DNA of 10,946 bases from a virus. The notes beneath the pieces are model-generated. The model was not told where the DNA came from. It saw only the letters and a program-made list of their open reading frames with translations, and did not search any database. Of this stretch, positions 1-6,666 are shown piece by piece; the first letter of the stretch is position 1; the number at the start of each line of letters is the position of its first letter. The DNA lies in UHGV virus genome UHGV-0116491; one strand, given 5' to 3'. A program made the translations under genes and the position numbers.

Positions 1-14
1 GCTTAAGAATGAGA

Positions 15-20
15 TATAAT
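15..20 (+). promoter_or_regulatory. Possible -10 hexamer (TATAAT) for the 50..586 gene; a -35 would lie outside the window
   Basis: Exact TATAAT at 15-20, about 30 nt upstream of the ATG at 50; no -35 visible. Confidence 0.2.
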
Positions 21-49
21 GCGACTTTTAGTGTTCCGCTTGAGAGGCC

Positions 50-586
50 ATGATGCTTACCTTGGACGAGATAGGTCAATCAGTACGTAACAATATCCAG
101 TTGATTATTGATCATGTCGGCTTACCTCTTGCTGTTGGTCCGCTCAGTGATGATGATTACAAGATTCTGTGTGGTGGCTATGGTGAGCTTGAATGGGACT
201 ATGCGTTAAGTACCTATGGCAACTCCAGAGAAAAGTATGAGTTCTGCATAAAACTTGTTCAGCAAGGTCGGGTTCAGGGAATACCATCAGGAGCAGCAAT
301 TTGTGTTTATGGGGTTGAAGAAAACATCTTTCGTATCCATATGATCGAAAGGTTTTCTAGAGAAGATGAATCTCACCCATTGAAAGGGCGCATGGTTTTA
401 CTCACTCTTATGAGTGCTTTTATATTTTGTAAAGCTGTTGAATGTAAAGTTGTCCACATTGTAGAGCCAGTACCAGAACTGGTGCAGTATTACGAGTCTT
501 TTGGTTTCCGCATGGAACAGTGCGGTTATGTGATGTCGGCAGTCATTGATGAGCTGCAGGATATCTTTCTTAAATTTGCTCAGTAG
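50..586 (+). CDS. Hypothetical protein, possibly GNAT-family acetyltransferase-like (178 aa)
   Basis: ATG ATG start with GAGAGG 4-7 nt upstream; C-terminal LVQYYESFGF resembles GNAT motif B and HPLKGRMVLL a degenerate motif A. Fold assignment is by motif resemblance only. Confidence 0.55.
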   Translation: MMLTLDEIGQSVRNNIQLIIDHVGLPLAVGPLSDDDYKILCGGYGELEWDYALSTYGNSREKYEFCIKLVQQGRVQGIPSGAAICVYGVEENIFRIHMIERFSREDESHPLKGRMVLLTLMSAFIFCKAVECKVVHIVEPVPELVQYYESFGFRMEQCGYVMSAVIDELQDIFLKFAQ

Positions 587-691
587 GTATAGACGAGAAG
601 GGTCTACAAATTGTAGGATACCCGTCCAGATTACCTTAAAGGTACATCTATGGCAGTCGTTTTGTGCTTAAACTACTAAGAAACGATGTCA

Positions 692-712
692 CCAATCGAC
701 ATGATCGATTGG
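692..712. promoter_or_regulatory. Perfect 8-bp inverted repeat CCAATCGA-N5-TCGATTGG, candidate protein-binding site
   Basis: CCAATCGA at 692-699 and its reverse complement TCGATTGG at 705-712, about 70 bp upstream of the small gene at 783. Confidence 0.3.
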
Positions 713-782
713 CATAAGTTAGCGAAACAAGCTAGCTTTAAAGAAAGGGTTAGAGACGCCTTTACTGTCTCGGGAGTTTTCT

Positions 783-956
783 ATGAAAGATCAAAAAGCA
801 ACCAAGCCACAGGTTAAGTTCGACACAATGAAAGCATTCGCAGGTATGGGTGCTGCTGTTGAAGTTCTGATGAAGGCTGCTCCTAATGCGTTCACTCACG
901 CTACTGTCTCTGGTAAAGAGCAGCAGGGTAAGCTTCGTCGTCGCAAAGCAGCATGA
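783..956 (+). CDS. Small basic Lys/Ala-rich protein (57 aa), function unknown
   Basis: ATG at 783 with GGGAG (772-776) 6 nt upstream; stop TGA 954-956 followed at once by an intrinsic terminator. Below the ORF-track length threshold, so not listed there. Confidence 0.55.
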   Translation: MKDQKATKPQVKFDTMKAFAGMGAAVEVLMKAAPNAFTHATVSGKEQQGKLRRRKAA

Positions 957-974
957 TCATAGCTGGTGCTTTTT

Positions 975-1001
975 GAAAACCCGCCTGAAGGCGGGTTTTT
1001 T
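975..1001. terminator. Bidirectional rho-independent terminator for the converging + and - transcripts
   Basis: Stem CCCGCC (980-985), loop TGAA, stem GGCGGG (990-995), flanked by an A-run upstream and T6 downstream. It sits between the stop of the 783..956 gene and the stop of the minus-strand gene at 1004. Confidence 0.8.
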
Positions 1002-1003
1002 CT

Positions 1004-1285
1004 TTAGTGATGTTCTTTGTCCTTCTGTTTGACTGTTCTGACCTGTTCCCACTCGATACGTCCTTCTTCTCGCCTTTTGTCTATGTATTCCGCAAGATCT
1101 TGAATATTGATGCAACGTTTTGCTTTTTGTGATGTGCCGATGCGATATGTTGGAACGGGCAACTTACAAGCGTTTGCTTTTGCTTCTGCCGTGGCTGGAC
1201 TCATACCAAAGTACTTTTGGCTAACTGCTGAGAGTTCAATGTTTGGGGTATTGAATTCAGCCATCAGTAAAAACAAGGTGTTCAT
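1004..1285 (-). CDS. PrtN-family / excisionase-like DNA-binding protein (93 aa)
   Basis: ATG at 1285 (MNTLFLLMAEF...) with GGAG 6 nt upstream; the track ORF starts at an upstream GTG (1312) that lacks an SD. C-terminal INIQDLAEYIDKRREEG matches my recollection of pyocin-activator PrtN-like proteins found next to prophage int/xis. Last gene of the leftward operon. Confidence 0.75.
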   Translation of the reverse strand: MNTLFLLMAEFNTPNIELSAVSQKYFGMSPATAEAKANACKLPVPTYRIGTSQKAKRCINIQDLAEYIDKRREEGRIEWEQVRTVKQKDKEHH

Positions 1286-1321
1286 AATTTTCTCCATCAA
1301 AACCGGCTGCACCCGGGAAAA

Positions 1322-1894
1322 TCATAATTCTGTGCTGGTGGCAGGAATTAATTTCTGCCAGATAGCGGAAACATATTTTGCCTGATGACGGGCATCAGCC
1401 AGGGCGTTGTGCCGTTCGCCATCGAAAGGCATGTCCATTTTGGGGTCGAATCCGATGGAACGCCCAAGCGTAACGATCGTGCGTACATCGTGGTCATTCC
1501 AGTACGCCCACGGGCAGATTTGTCCTGCTCGCTCGTAAGCTCCACGTAAAATTACGTTGTCGAAGGTGGCCCCGTTACCCCAGACTTTTAAATATTTCGT
1601 ATTGTCTGCGTGCCGGTTAATGAAATGGTTTAGTTCTGAGAGAGCATCGCTGATCGACAAAGTATCATCAATACAGATTGCAGCTCGCGCTTCAGGGCTT
1701 TGTTTCAACCACCACAGGATGGTATCGCCGTCAGGTGTAGCTCCTTGCTTCATAGCACTGTCTAGGCTGACAACCGCATAGAATTCTTGTCCGATGTCTC
1801 CGGTTTCTGGAGTGAAGAACACCGCGCCAATGGAAACGATCGGTGCATCCTTATTTTTCCCCATCGTCTCAAGGTCGATCATTAAGTTGTTCAT
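1322..1894 (-). CDS. DEDDh-type 3'-5' exonuclease (DnaQ-like), 190 aa
   Basis: Motif I MIDLETMG (D-x-E) and motif III HNALADARH (H-x4-D). ATG at 1894 with GGAGG 8 nt upstream; its start overlaps the stop of the upstream gene (TGATG). Confidence 0.85.
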   Translation of the reverse strand: MNNLMIDLETMGKNKDAPIVSIGAVFFTPETGDIGQEFYAVVSLDSAMKQGATPDGDTILWWLKQSPEARAAICIDDTLSISDALSELNHFINRHADNTKYLKVWGNGATFDNVILRGAYERAGQICPWAYWNDHDVRTIVTLGRSIGFDPKMDMPFDGERHNALADARHQAKYVSAIWQKLIPATSTEL

Positions 1895-2646
1895 CACTTC
1901 ACCTCCTGCGGCGGTTCCGGTAGCGGCATCCAGTGAGTTGCTTGCTCAATACCATTACCCGGCTTAATCGTTGCATCTCCGCGCCGAAAGGTGCTTCCGG
2001 TATAGCGTGCGGAGCATATTAGCGGTTCAACCAGAGAGCTATCGAAATTTATCGAAATAAGCACGTTCTGGCCCTTTTCAGGCATTCGATCACTACAGCT
2101 TATCCAACTATCCGGAGTTCCCGGAGAGTTGCCATTTACATCGAAGTTTGGCTCTGCGTCCTGAACCAGGAGGATGTAACCATTCTTGGCCGTATCAAGT
2201 TCTAACGCCTCGGTGACGGTGCCGAAATAGCGATTACCTAAATCAGCATCACAAGTGCTAACATCAATGGAAACTTCCATGCCTTCGATTAATTCTGGCA
2301 AGTTGTAAGTTTGGTTTACAGGTTGGCCTCCCTGAAGCATGGCGGCGCGGTGACACCAGATAATCCAGCCAAGCGCCATATCCCATGCCATGTATTCTCT
2401 ATCACCATTTTTTGCCCTGCGGCGATCTACAGATTCCCCGAAACGCTTCTCCATAAATAATTCATAGGCTGCCCGTTCATCTGATACTGCTGCCAGCGAT
2501 GCCAGTGCAATTTTAAATGCGGTAAGTATGTTGTTAACCACACCTATTTCGAATGCTATTTCACTACATACAAACGATTTATCGTCTATTATCGACTCAA
2601 TTCCGGTAATCGTGTTCTGTAACCATTCTTTGGTAATAGTATTCAT
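1894..2646 (-). CDS. DUF551-domain phage protein (250 aa)
   Basis: C-terminal HWMPLPEPP is typical of DUF551 as I recall it; ATG at 2646 with AGGTGA 7 nt upstream; good E. coli codon usage. Confidence 0.75.
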   Translation of the reverse strand: MNTITKEWLQNTITGIESIIDDKSFVCSEIAFEIGVVNNILTAFKIALASLAAVSDERAAYELFMEKRFGESVDRRRAKNGDREYMAWDMALGWIIWCHRAAMLQGGQPVNQTYNLPELIEGMEVSIDVSTCDADLGNRYFGTVTEALELDTAKNGYILLVQDAEPNFDVNGNSPGTPDSWISCSDRMPEKGQNVLISINFDSSLVEPLICSARYTGSTFRRGDATIKPGNGIEQATHWMPLPEPPQEVK

Positions 2647-2648
2647 AA

Positions 2649-2840
2649 CTATTTCACCTTAATCTCAACATTTCGCAGCTTTAGCTCTACTGGCAGGTCT
2701 GACTTTCCGGTTAATGCTAATGCGAGATTTTCTGGAGTAATGAGAGCAGTTATTGTTTTCCCCCTCGCCAGACGAATAATCATTCGTATCTCGCTATCGT
2801 CACATGCTCCAGGTCGAACAATTGATATTTGTCCGTTCAC
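2649..2840 (-). CDS. Small hypothetical protein (63 aa), GTG start
   Basis: GTG at 2840 preceded by GGGGAAG; lies 1 nt downstream of the Ea22-like stop (2842) and its stop overlaps the next gene's ATG (2644-2646). Confidence 0.5.
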   Translation of the reverse strand: MNGQISIVRPGACDDSEIRMIIRLARGKTITALITPENLALALTGKSDLPVELKLRNVEIKVK

Positions 2841-2841
2841 C

Positions 2842-3480
2842 TCACTTCCCCTTCACACCAATGTTAGCGGCGGCGCGCTCGGCTTCACTTTGTTCCCAAA
2901 ACCACTTGTGAAGCTCCATAAGCTTTTCGTCAATCGGTGCATATTTGCGATTAAAGTAGGCCTGAGCATCTTTCTCAGATTCGTCCGGCAATTCGCCTGG
3001 GCCAAACAGTGTGTTATAAATCCATGCCAGTCCGCTTTTAGCGTCGCCAGTTGCCTGCCATTCGATAATCGCAGCCTGCATGACCAGAATGTTTTTCCCG
3101 ATTAATAGGTCCAGTTCTTTGAACCGGTTGCGGATGTATGCATTCTCGCTTTGTAATTTTGCGTTGCGCTTCTCTGCGGCTTCCAGCTTAACGCGCAGCT
3201 TCCCAACCGTTAGCGCAATATCCTCGTTCTCCTGGTCACGGCGTTTGATGTATTGCTGGTTTCTTTCCCGTTCATCCAGCAACGCCAGCACGGTTTCTGG
3301 TCCGGCCAGAAATTTGAAGGCGTTGAGCGCATCAATATCCACACCGTAATCTTTAAGTTCCTGTTCACTTATCAGATCATCATCAACTGGCAACATTAAC
3401 AGGCGTTCCATTGCCGGAATTGCACGTTCTGCCGCCTCACGCAGCGCCAGTGTGTCGATGTCGATGTCGATGTTGCTCAT
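2842..3480 (-). CDS. Ea22-like (ead/Ea22 family) early protein, 212 aa
   Basis: Starts MSNIDIDIDTLALREAAE...; acidic, coiled-coil-like composition typical of Ea22-like proteins. The ATG at 3480 overlaps the upstream stop as ATGA, so the track's upstream start (3504) is probably not used. Confidence 0.7.
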   Translation of the reverse strand: MSNIDIDIDTLALREAAERAIPAMERLLMLPVDDDLISEQELKDYGVDIDALNAFKFLAGPETVLALLDERERNQQYIKRRDQENEDIALTVGKLRVKLEAAEKRNAKLQSENAYIRNRFKELDLLIGKNILVMQAAIIEWQATGDAKSGLAWIYNTLFGPGELPDESEKDAQAYFNRKYAPIDEKLMELHKWFWEQSEAERAAANIGVKGK

Positions 3481-3710
3481 TGTGCCTCCTCGATTTCGTC
3501 CCATTCCACCCAGGCATTCTCTCCATCAGCATCGATTTCACCTTTGTGACCGCATTTGGAACAAACGGCCTCATCACCCGCCCACAAAGAATCTTTGGTT
3601 ACCGACCATCCTGTTACCTTGGCTTTGCCGTGCTGGCACTTAGGGCAATCATCAAGCCATTCGACTTCGACCGTTGAAGGACCAAATCCATGTTCAGTTC
3701 GGATGCTCAT
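3477..3710 (-). CDS. Small zinc-ribbon protein (77 aa)
   Basis: Two CxxC pairs (CPKC ... CSKC); ATG at 3710 overlaps the upstream stop as ATGA. Confidence 0.65.
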   Translation of the reverse strand: MSIRTEHGFGPSTVEVEWLDDCPKCQHGKAKVTGWSVTKDSLWAGDEAVCSKCGHKGEIDADGENAWVEWDEIEEAQ

Positions 3711-4051
3711 GACTGAACTCCTTTGCGAATCTGTTCCGCCCATTCTTCAAGGGATTTCTCCGCATATTCACCGGACAAGCCATCAATCGGGTGCGGTTCA
3801 TTAGCCAACTCTTCTTTCGCTGACAGAACCATGCGCGTAACGTCGAAAACTTCACGCAAAGGCTTATTGATAAATCCGTGATTGAAAGCAGCAGCAAGAC
3901 GGCTTGCGGTATAGTTAATACCCTCGTTGCGAGCCTCAGCACGTACTTCATCGAATTTACGCACCAGATACTCAGCATTTGTTTCATTCACTTTCAGATC
4001 TCGCGGTACACATTTCCCGCGAAGAAACCCTTCCATTTCGAAAACATTCAT
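3707..4051 (-). CDS. Hypothetical phage early protein (114 aa)
   Basis: ATG at 4051 overlaps the upstream stop (4048-4050) as ATGA; no recognisable motif. Confidence 0.6.
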   Translation of the reverse strand: MNVFEMEGFLRGKCVPRDLKVNETNAEYLVRKFDEVRAEARNEGINYTASRLAAAFNHGFINKPLREVFDVTRMVLSAKEELANEPHPIDGLSGEYAEKSLEEWAEQIRKGVQS

Positions 4052-4584
4052 GCGCATTTGCGTAACTCCGATAAATCGTTAAAACGTTCCATAAACATCC
4101 CGTAGGCATGACCCGGTGCCAGTGGAATCACGTTGAACATCTCTGTTGCCGGGATGCCTTCCAGTACAGGCCAGAAAGAGCCATCATCAAGCCCGAGATC
4201 GCGGCGTTCGGTTGCCAGCATGATGAGATCGGCATATTTCACGGGCGTGCTCATAGCCTGAGGTAACCCGTATTTCTCACGGATTACGGCGTCTATTTTT
4301 TCTTCCATCCGTTTATAGTCAGGAAGAAGGCGTTTCAGTGGTGCGGGGATGTCCTGGCAATACGCTTCTGTTGCATCATGCATTAACGCTTCAAAAGCAA
4401 ATTCCTGCGGCACCAGCTGGCTGCAAAGCACCGCATGCTGGGCGACACTGTAGAAGTGTGAAAGATGTCCTGCAAAGCGACAGATATTTGAAAGGGAAAC
4501 TGCGATATCGTTAATCACGATGTCGTCTTTATTTATCTTGTCATAATAAAAATGCTTCCCGGAAAAAGTTTTAATAAATGACAT
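4048..4584 (-). CDS. yfdR: HD-domain phosphohydrolase, YfdR-like (178 aa)
   Basis: His...HD motif (GHLSHFYSVAQH ... LMHDATEAY). ATG at 4584 with GGAG about 6 nt upstream; the track's longer ORF begins at a TTG without an SD. Length and context match my recollection of CPS-53 YfdR; not verified. Confidence 0.8.
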   Translation of the reverse strand: MSFIKTFSGKHFYYDKINKDDIVINDIAVSLSNICRFAGHLSHFYSVAQHAVLCSQLVPQEFAFEALMHDATEAYCQDIPAPLKRLLPDYKRMEEKIDAVIREKYGLPQAMSTPVKYADLIMLATERRDLGLDDGSFWPVLEGIPATEMFNVIPLAPGHAYGMFMERFNDLSELRKCA

Positions 4585-4677
4585 TTTGTTCTCCACGTAT
4601 ATGCGCTGCACCGCGCTGAATTCGGGTAAAAGGAAGCCCTCGCTATCAGGCGATTGTTGAGTCAATTACGTTTCCAT

Positions 4678-4699
4678 AAATGCCCCCGCAGGGGCATTT
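4678..4699 (-). other. Perfect 9-bp GC-rich hairpin between the yfdQ-like and yfdR-like genes
   Basis: AAATGCCCC-CGCA-GGGGCATTT; the flanking T-tract is only 3 nt, so this is more likely a processing or stability hairpin, or a weak attenuator, than a full terminator. Confidence 0.4.
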
Positions 4700-4711
4700 G
4701 CAGCAATGAAA

Positions 4712-5536
4712 TCAGGCGGTGAAAGTACCAATAAAGGTTTCTACTTTGCTGTCTTTGAATTTCTCAACAAGCAGATCACGAAATTCGTTAGCCATTTCTT
4801 CCTGCATCGCTTCCAGCTGAATAATGCGCAGAACCAGTACAGGACGATCGCCAGTGATAATGCTGAGGCGTAATTTAAACGGACGTTCTTTCAGGCCTTC
4901 AAACGGAACGCATTTAAATTCAAATGCCACTGGCATAATGTCTTTGGTCTTCGCTTCGACAGACTCCATCAGGGAGCGTTTGCCGCTGAAGTCATTGTCT
5001 TCAAAATCAGCGGTCTGGTTTGCTTCAATTGTGATTTTACGGACTGCCGCAGCCGCTTTGGTTGCCTGAATGGTGTCACCATTAGCATCAAAGCCCACAA
5101 GGTAGTCGGCCCAGTCTTCAATCCATTCTGCCAGTGACTTCTGGGAGTTACGCTCGCCATTAACAGACAACAGAGCAGAAAACGGTGCTGTCTTTTTCAG
5201 TTTGAGGGTGGCGGTGTTATCTGCGTGACCTGGTTCATCAATAGTACCCAGGTTAAGCACACTGACGGCTCGCATATTATCGGCATCGATAAAGCAGCGG
5301 GTGCCTTCATCTGCAAGATCTTTAGAATAACGGGTAAAGTCATCGATGCTGGCAGTGGAAAGCGCACCACGGAAACGGAAGCGATTTAAATTAAATTTTT
5401 CCAGATCATGAATGCGGAAATGCTCAGGCAATGCCACAGCATCGGCACCAATCTTACTGATAATTTCATTAACACCCTGAGCAGAAATAAGGGCATGGAT
5501 TTGATTAATTGCGGTTGCGTCTAAGTTCTGAGACAT
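4712..5536 (-). CDS. yfdQ: YfdQ-like protein (DUF2303 family as recalled), 274 aa
   Basis: ATG at 5536 with GAGGA upstream; length and position next to the HD-domain gene match CPS-53 YfdQ from memory; not verified. Confidence 0.75.
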   Translation of the reverse strand: MSQNLDATAINQIHALISAQGVNEIISKIGADAVALPEHFRIHDLEKFNLNRFRFRGALSTASIDDFTRYSKDLADEGTRCFIDADNMRAVSVLNLGTIDEPGHADNTATLKLKKTAPFSALLSVNGERNSQKSLAEWIEDWADYLVGFDANGDTIQATKAAAAVRKITIEANQTADFEDNDFSGKRSLMESVEAKTKDIMPVAFEFKCVPFEGLKERPFKLRLSIITGDRPVLVLRIIQLEAMQEEMANEFRDLLVEKFKDSKVETFIGTFTA

Positions 5537-5601
5537 AATAAGTCCTCACTATATAAAGATATTCAGTGATGAGATAAATAATCAGTTAATTAAGAACGAT
5601 A

Positions 5602-5964
5602 TTAATGACCTGCTGCGCGGAGTTTTCCGTCAGGTTCACCGGCAAGAGTCAGTAATTGTCCCTGGTCTTCCTGCAGAATAGTCAGGCGACCACCGCGATT
5701 GACATACATCGGCGTTTCGGTGGTGTCTTCTTCGGAAATTTTCCCGCGGTTAGTCGGGCGAACATATGAGAGTTTGTGTTTTATTTTCACACGGTTCTCA
5801 TCAAACGGTTCGATTTCCAGGTTGAGCGAGACCTTACCTTTGGTTTTCGTGTTCATCACACCGGAAGCGACTTCACTGAGAACTGCGCCGATTTTGGTTT
5901 CAAATACGCCGCCGTCCAGCTCCCCGATAAATGCCTGCACATCAGTACTGCGTTCGCTAGCCAT
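5602..5964 (-). CDS. yfdP: YfdP-like hypothetical protein (120 aa), first gene of the early-left operon
   Basis: ATG at 5964 (MASERSTDVQAFIGELDGG...) with GAGGAG 8 nt upstream. The track's 197-aa version begins at an upstream start with no SD and runs through the large inverted repeat. Confidence 0.7.
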   Translation of the reverse strand: MASERSTDVQAFIGELDGGVFETKIGAVLSEVASGVMNTKTKGKVSLNLEIEPFDENRVKIKHKLSYVRPTNRGKISEEDTTETPMYVNRGGRLTILQEDQGQLLTLAGEPDGKLRAAGH

Positions 5965-6012
5965 TTTGCTGCTCCTCATCATATCGACCCTGCAAGGTCG
6001 GTTGGTTTCTCC

Positions 6013-6101
6013 ACAAAACAGAGAAGAACACCTGCGGTGGCAGCCGCCCGGATGGATTGGGTTATGAGCCCGTCGTCCGGTGATGCTCTTCTCTGTTTTG
6101 T
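6013..6101 (-). repeat. 15-bp perfect inverted repeat enclosing a 59-nt loop, forming a large hairpin just upstream of the yfdP-like RBS
   Basis: ACAAAACAGAGAAGA (6013-6027) and its exact reverse complement TCTTCTCTGTTTTGT (6087-6101). Possible RNase III or translational-control element. Confidence 0.6.
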
Positions 6102-6147
6102 AAAAAGAGCGGTACCAGCCGGAAGCAAGTGTACAAACTGGTACCGC
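6101..6147 (-). terminator. Intrinsic terminator inside the early-left leader (tL1-like)
   Basis: On the minus strand: 10-bp perfect stem (GCGGTACCAG / CTGGTACCGC; plus 6138-6147 and 6109-6118) with a 19-nt loop, followed by UCUUUUUA. Confidence 0.5.
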
Positions 6148-6564
6148 CAACGCAGTGGCTGTTGTGGTGGGGTTGTCACTTAGGCGTATGGTCAACCTGA
6201 CAATCCGGTGTCCTCAACGGGGAAAGAGTAACCCCGCCATACTTACCGCCGCGCCATTTCGCGGATTACCACAACGCTGAGAGCACTTAGCCAGTTACGG
6301 CACCACACTTTGTCGCGGTTCCATAAATGCCCTCATCGTTGCACCCTGGTCTCTTCCCAGGCGTCAAACCGAATCGCCACGCTGGTTAGGCGTCTTATCA
6401 GCATCCTCATTGACTTGCACATTCCGGCTACCTGGTTTGTTTGCCCGAGCAAGGAGTGGATTGTCCCCTTTAACGTCCCCAGACCGCTAACGACGCATGT
6501 GCCATACGCCGTGTTACAACCAAATTTTGTTAGTACCTTGTTTGTAGGTCTGGAGAGAAAGATA

Positions 6565-6615
6565 AAATGAAGTTGCGCATTATGCAAGTATTTTATTGCG
6601 AGATATGCAATTTGG
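6565..6615 (-). promoter_or_regulatory. OL operator pair and putative leftward early promoter (pL)
   Basis: Two 15-mers of the form TTGCG-N6-GCAA (6573-6587 TTGCGCATTATGCAA; 6596-6610 TTGCGAGATATGCAA) spaced 23 bp apart; the same form recurs at OR. TTGCAT and CATAAT-like hexamers lie on the minus strand, but exact -35/-10 spacing is unresolved. Confidence 0.5.
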
Positions 6616-6623
6616 TGGGTAAT

Positions 6624-6644
6624 GAAAAGCCACCTTCTGGTGGC
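6624..6644 (-). terminator. Intrinsic terminator downstream of the repressor gene
   Basis: On the minus strand: GCCACC-AGAA-GGTGGC followed by UUUUC, 22 nt after the repressor stop. Confidence 0.6.
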
Positions 6645-6666
6645 TAATTGATGTTGAGGTAGGGGG

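Larger units (their letters stand above)
5965..6570 (-). other. Long ORF-free structured 5' leader of the early-left transcript; candidate cis-acting or non-coding RNA
   Basis: No ORF with an SD; candidate ORFs use rare Arg codons (AGA/AGG/CGG/CGA); dense in GC hairpins; contains a terminator and a 15-bp inverted repeat. Confidence 0.35.

Noticed and set aside
686-817. 43-aa plus-strand ORF (MSPIDMIDWHKLAKQ...) overlapping the start of the 57-aa gene
   Set aside because: Weak RBS; it spans the dyad elements and overlaps the better-supported GGGAG-preceded gene in another frame.
1107-1781. ORFs 1107..1385(+), 1348..1545(-) and 1557..1781(+) overlapping the xis-like and exonuclease genes
   Set aside because: They lie antisense to or inside better-supported genes with clear motifs and RBSs; products are low-complexity with no SD.
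3454-3471. Tandem hexamer GTCGAT x3
   Set aside because: It simply encodes the IDIDID N-terminus of the Ea22-like protein on the minus strand.
3481-3504. Upstream start for the Ea22-like ORF (MGRNRGGTM...)
   Set aside because: The internal ATG at 3480 overlaps the upstream stop as ATGA, the operon's recurring coupling pattern; the extension would overlap the Zn-ribbon gene.
2740-3987. ORFs 2740..3105(+), 3080..3349(+), 3411..3677(+), 3452..3643(+), 3556..3804(+) and 3694..3987(-)
   Set aside because: All overlap the tightly coupled minus-strand genes (Ea22-like, Zn-ribbon, hypothetical) in other frames or antisense; Cys/Ser/Arg-rich odd composition, no RBS.
4585-4665. TTG-initiated 205-aa version of the HD-domain gene
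   Set aside because: No SD before the TTG; the ATG at 4584 has GGAG at the right spacing, and the extension would run through the 9-bp perfect hairpin.
6102-6112. boxA-like CGCTCTTTTTA on the minus strand, a possible nutL
   Set aside because: It coincides exactly with the U-tract of the 10-bp-stem terminator, which explains it more simply; no adjacent boxB-type GAAAA-loop hairpin was identified.
6013-6147. Retron msr/msd-like arrangement (adjacent long inverted repeats)
   Set aside because: No reverse transcriptase gene anywhere in the window; the position inside a phage early leader fits terminator or processing structures better.
5965-6195. 197-aa N-terminally extended version of the yfdP-like ORF, and the 66-aa ORF 5979..6179
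   Set aside because: No RBS; they read through the 15-bp inverted repeat and the terminator; mixed or rare Arg codons; a strong GAGGAG RBS sits before the internal ATG at 5964.
6183-6510. 9-bp long-range complementarity (GGCGTATGG at 6183-6191 with CCATACGCC at 6502-6510) that could close a 330-nt RNA domain
   Set aside because: A 9-bp complementary pair somewhere within 600 nt is roughly expected by chance; not evidence without covariation.
6310-6587. ORFs 6310..6570(+) and 6333..6587(-) in the leader
   Set aside because: TTG starts inside the operator region without an SD; mostly rare Arg codons; mutually antisense. Treated as non-coding, though blastx would be the test.
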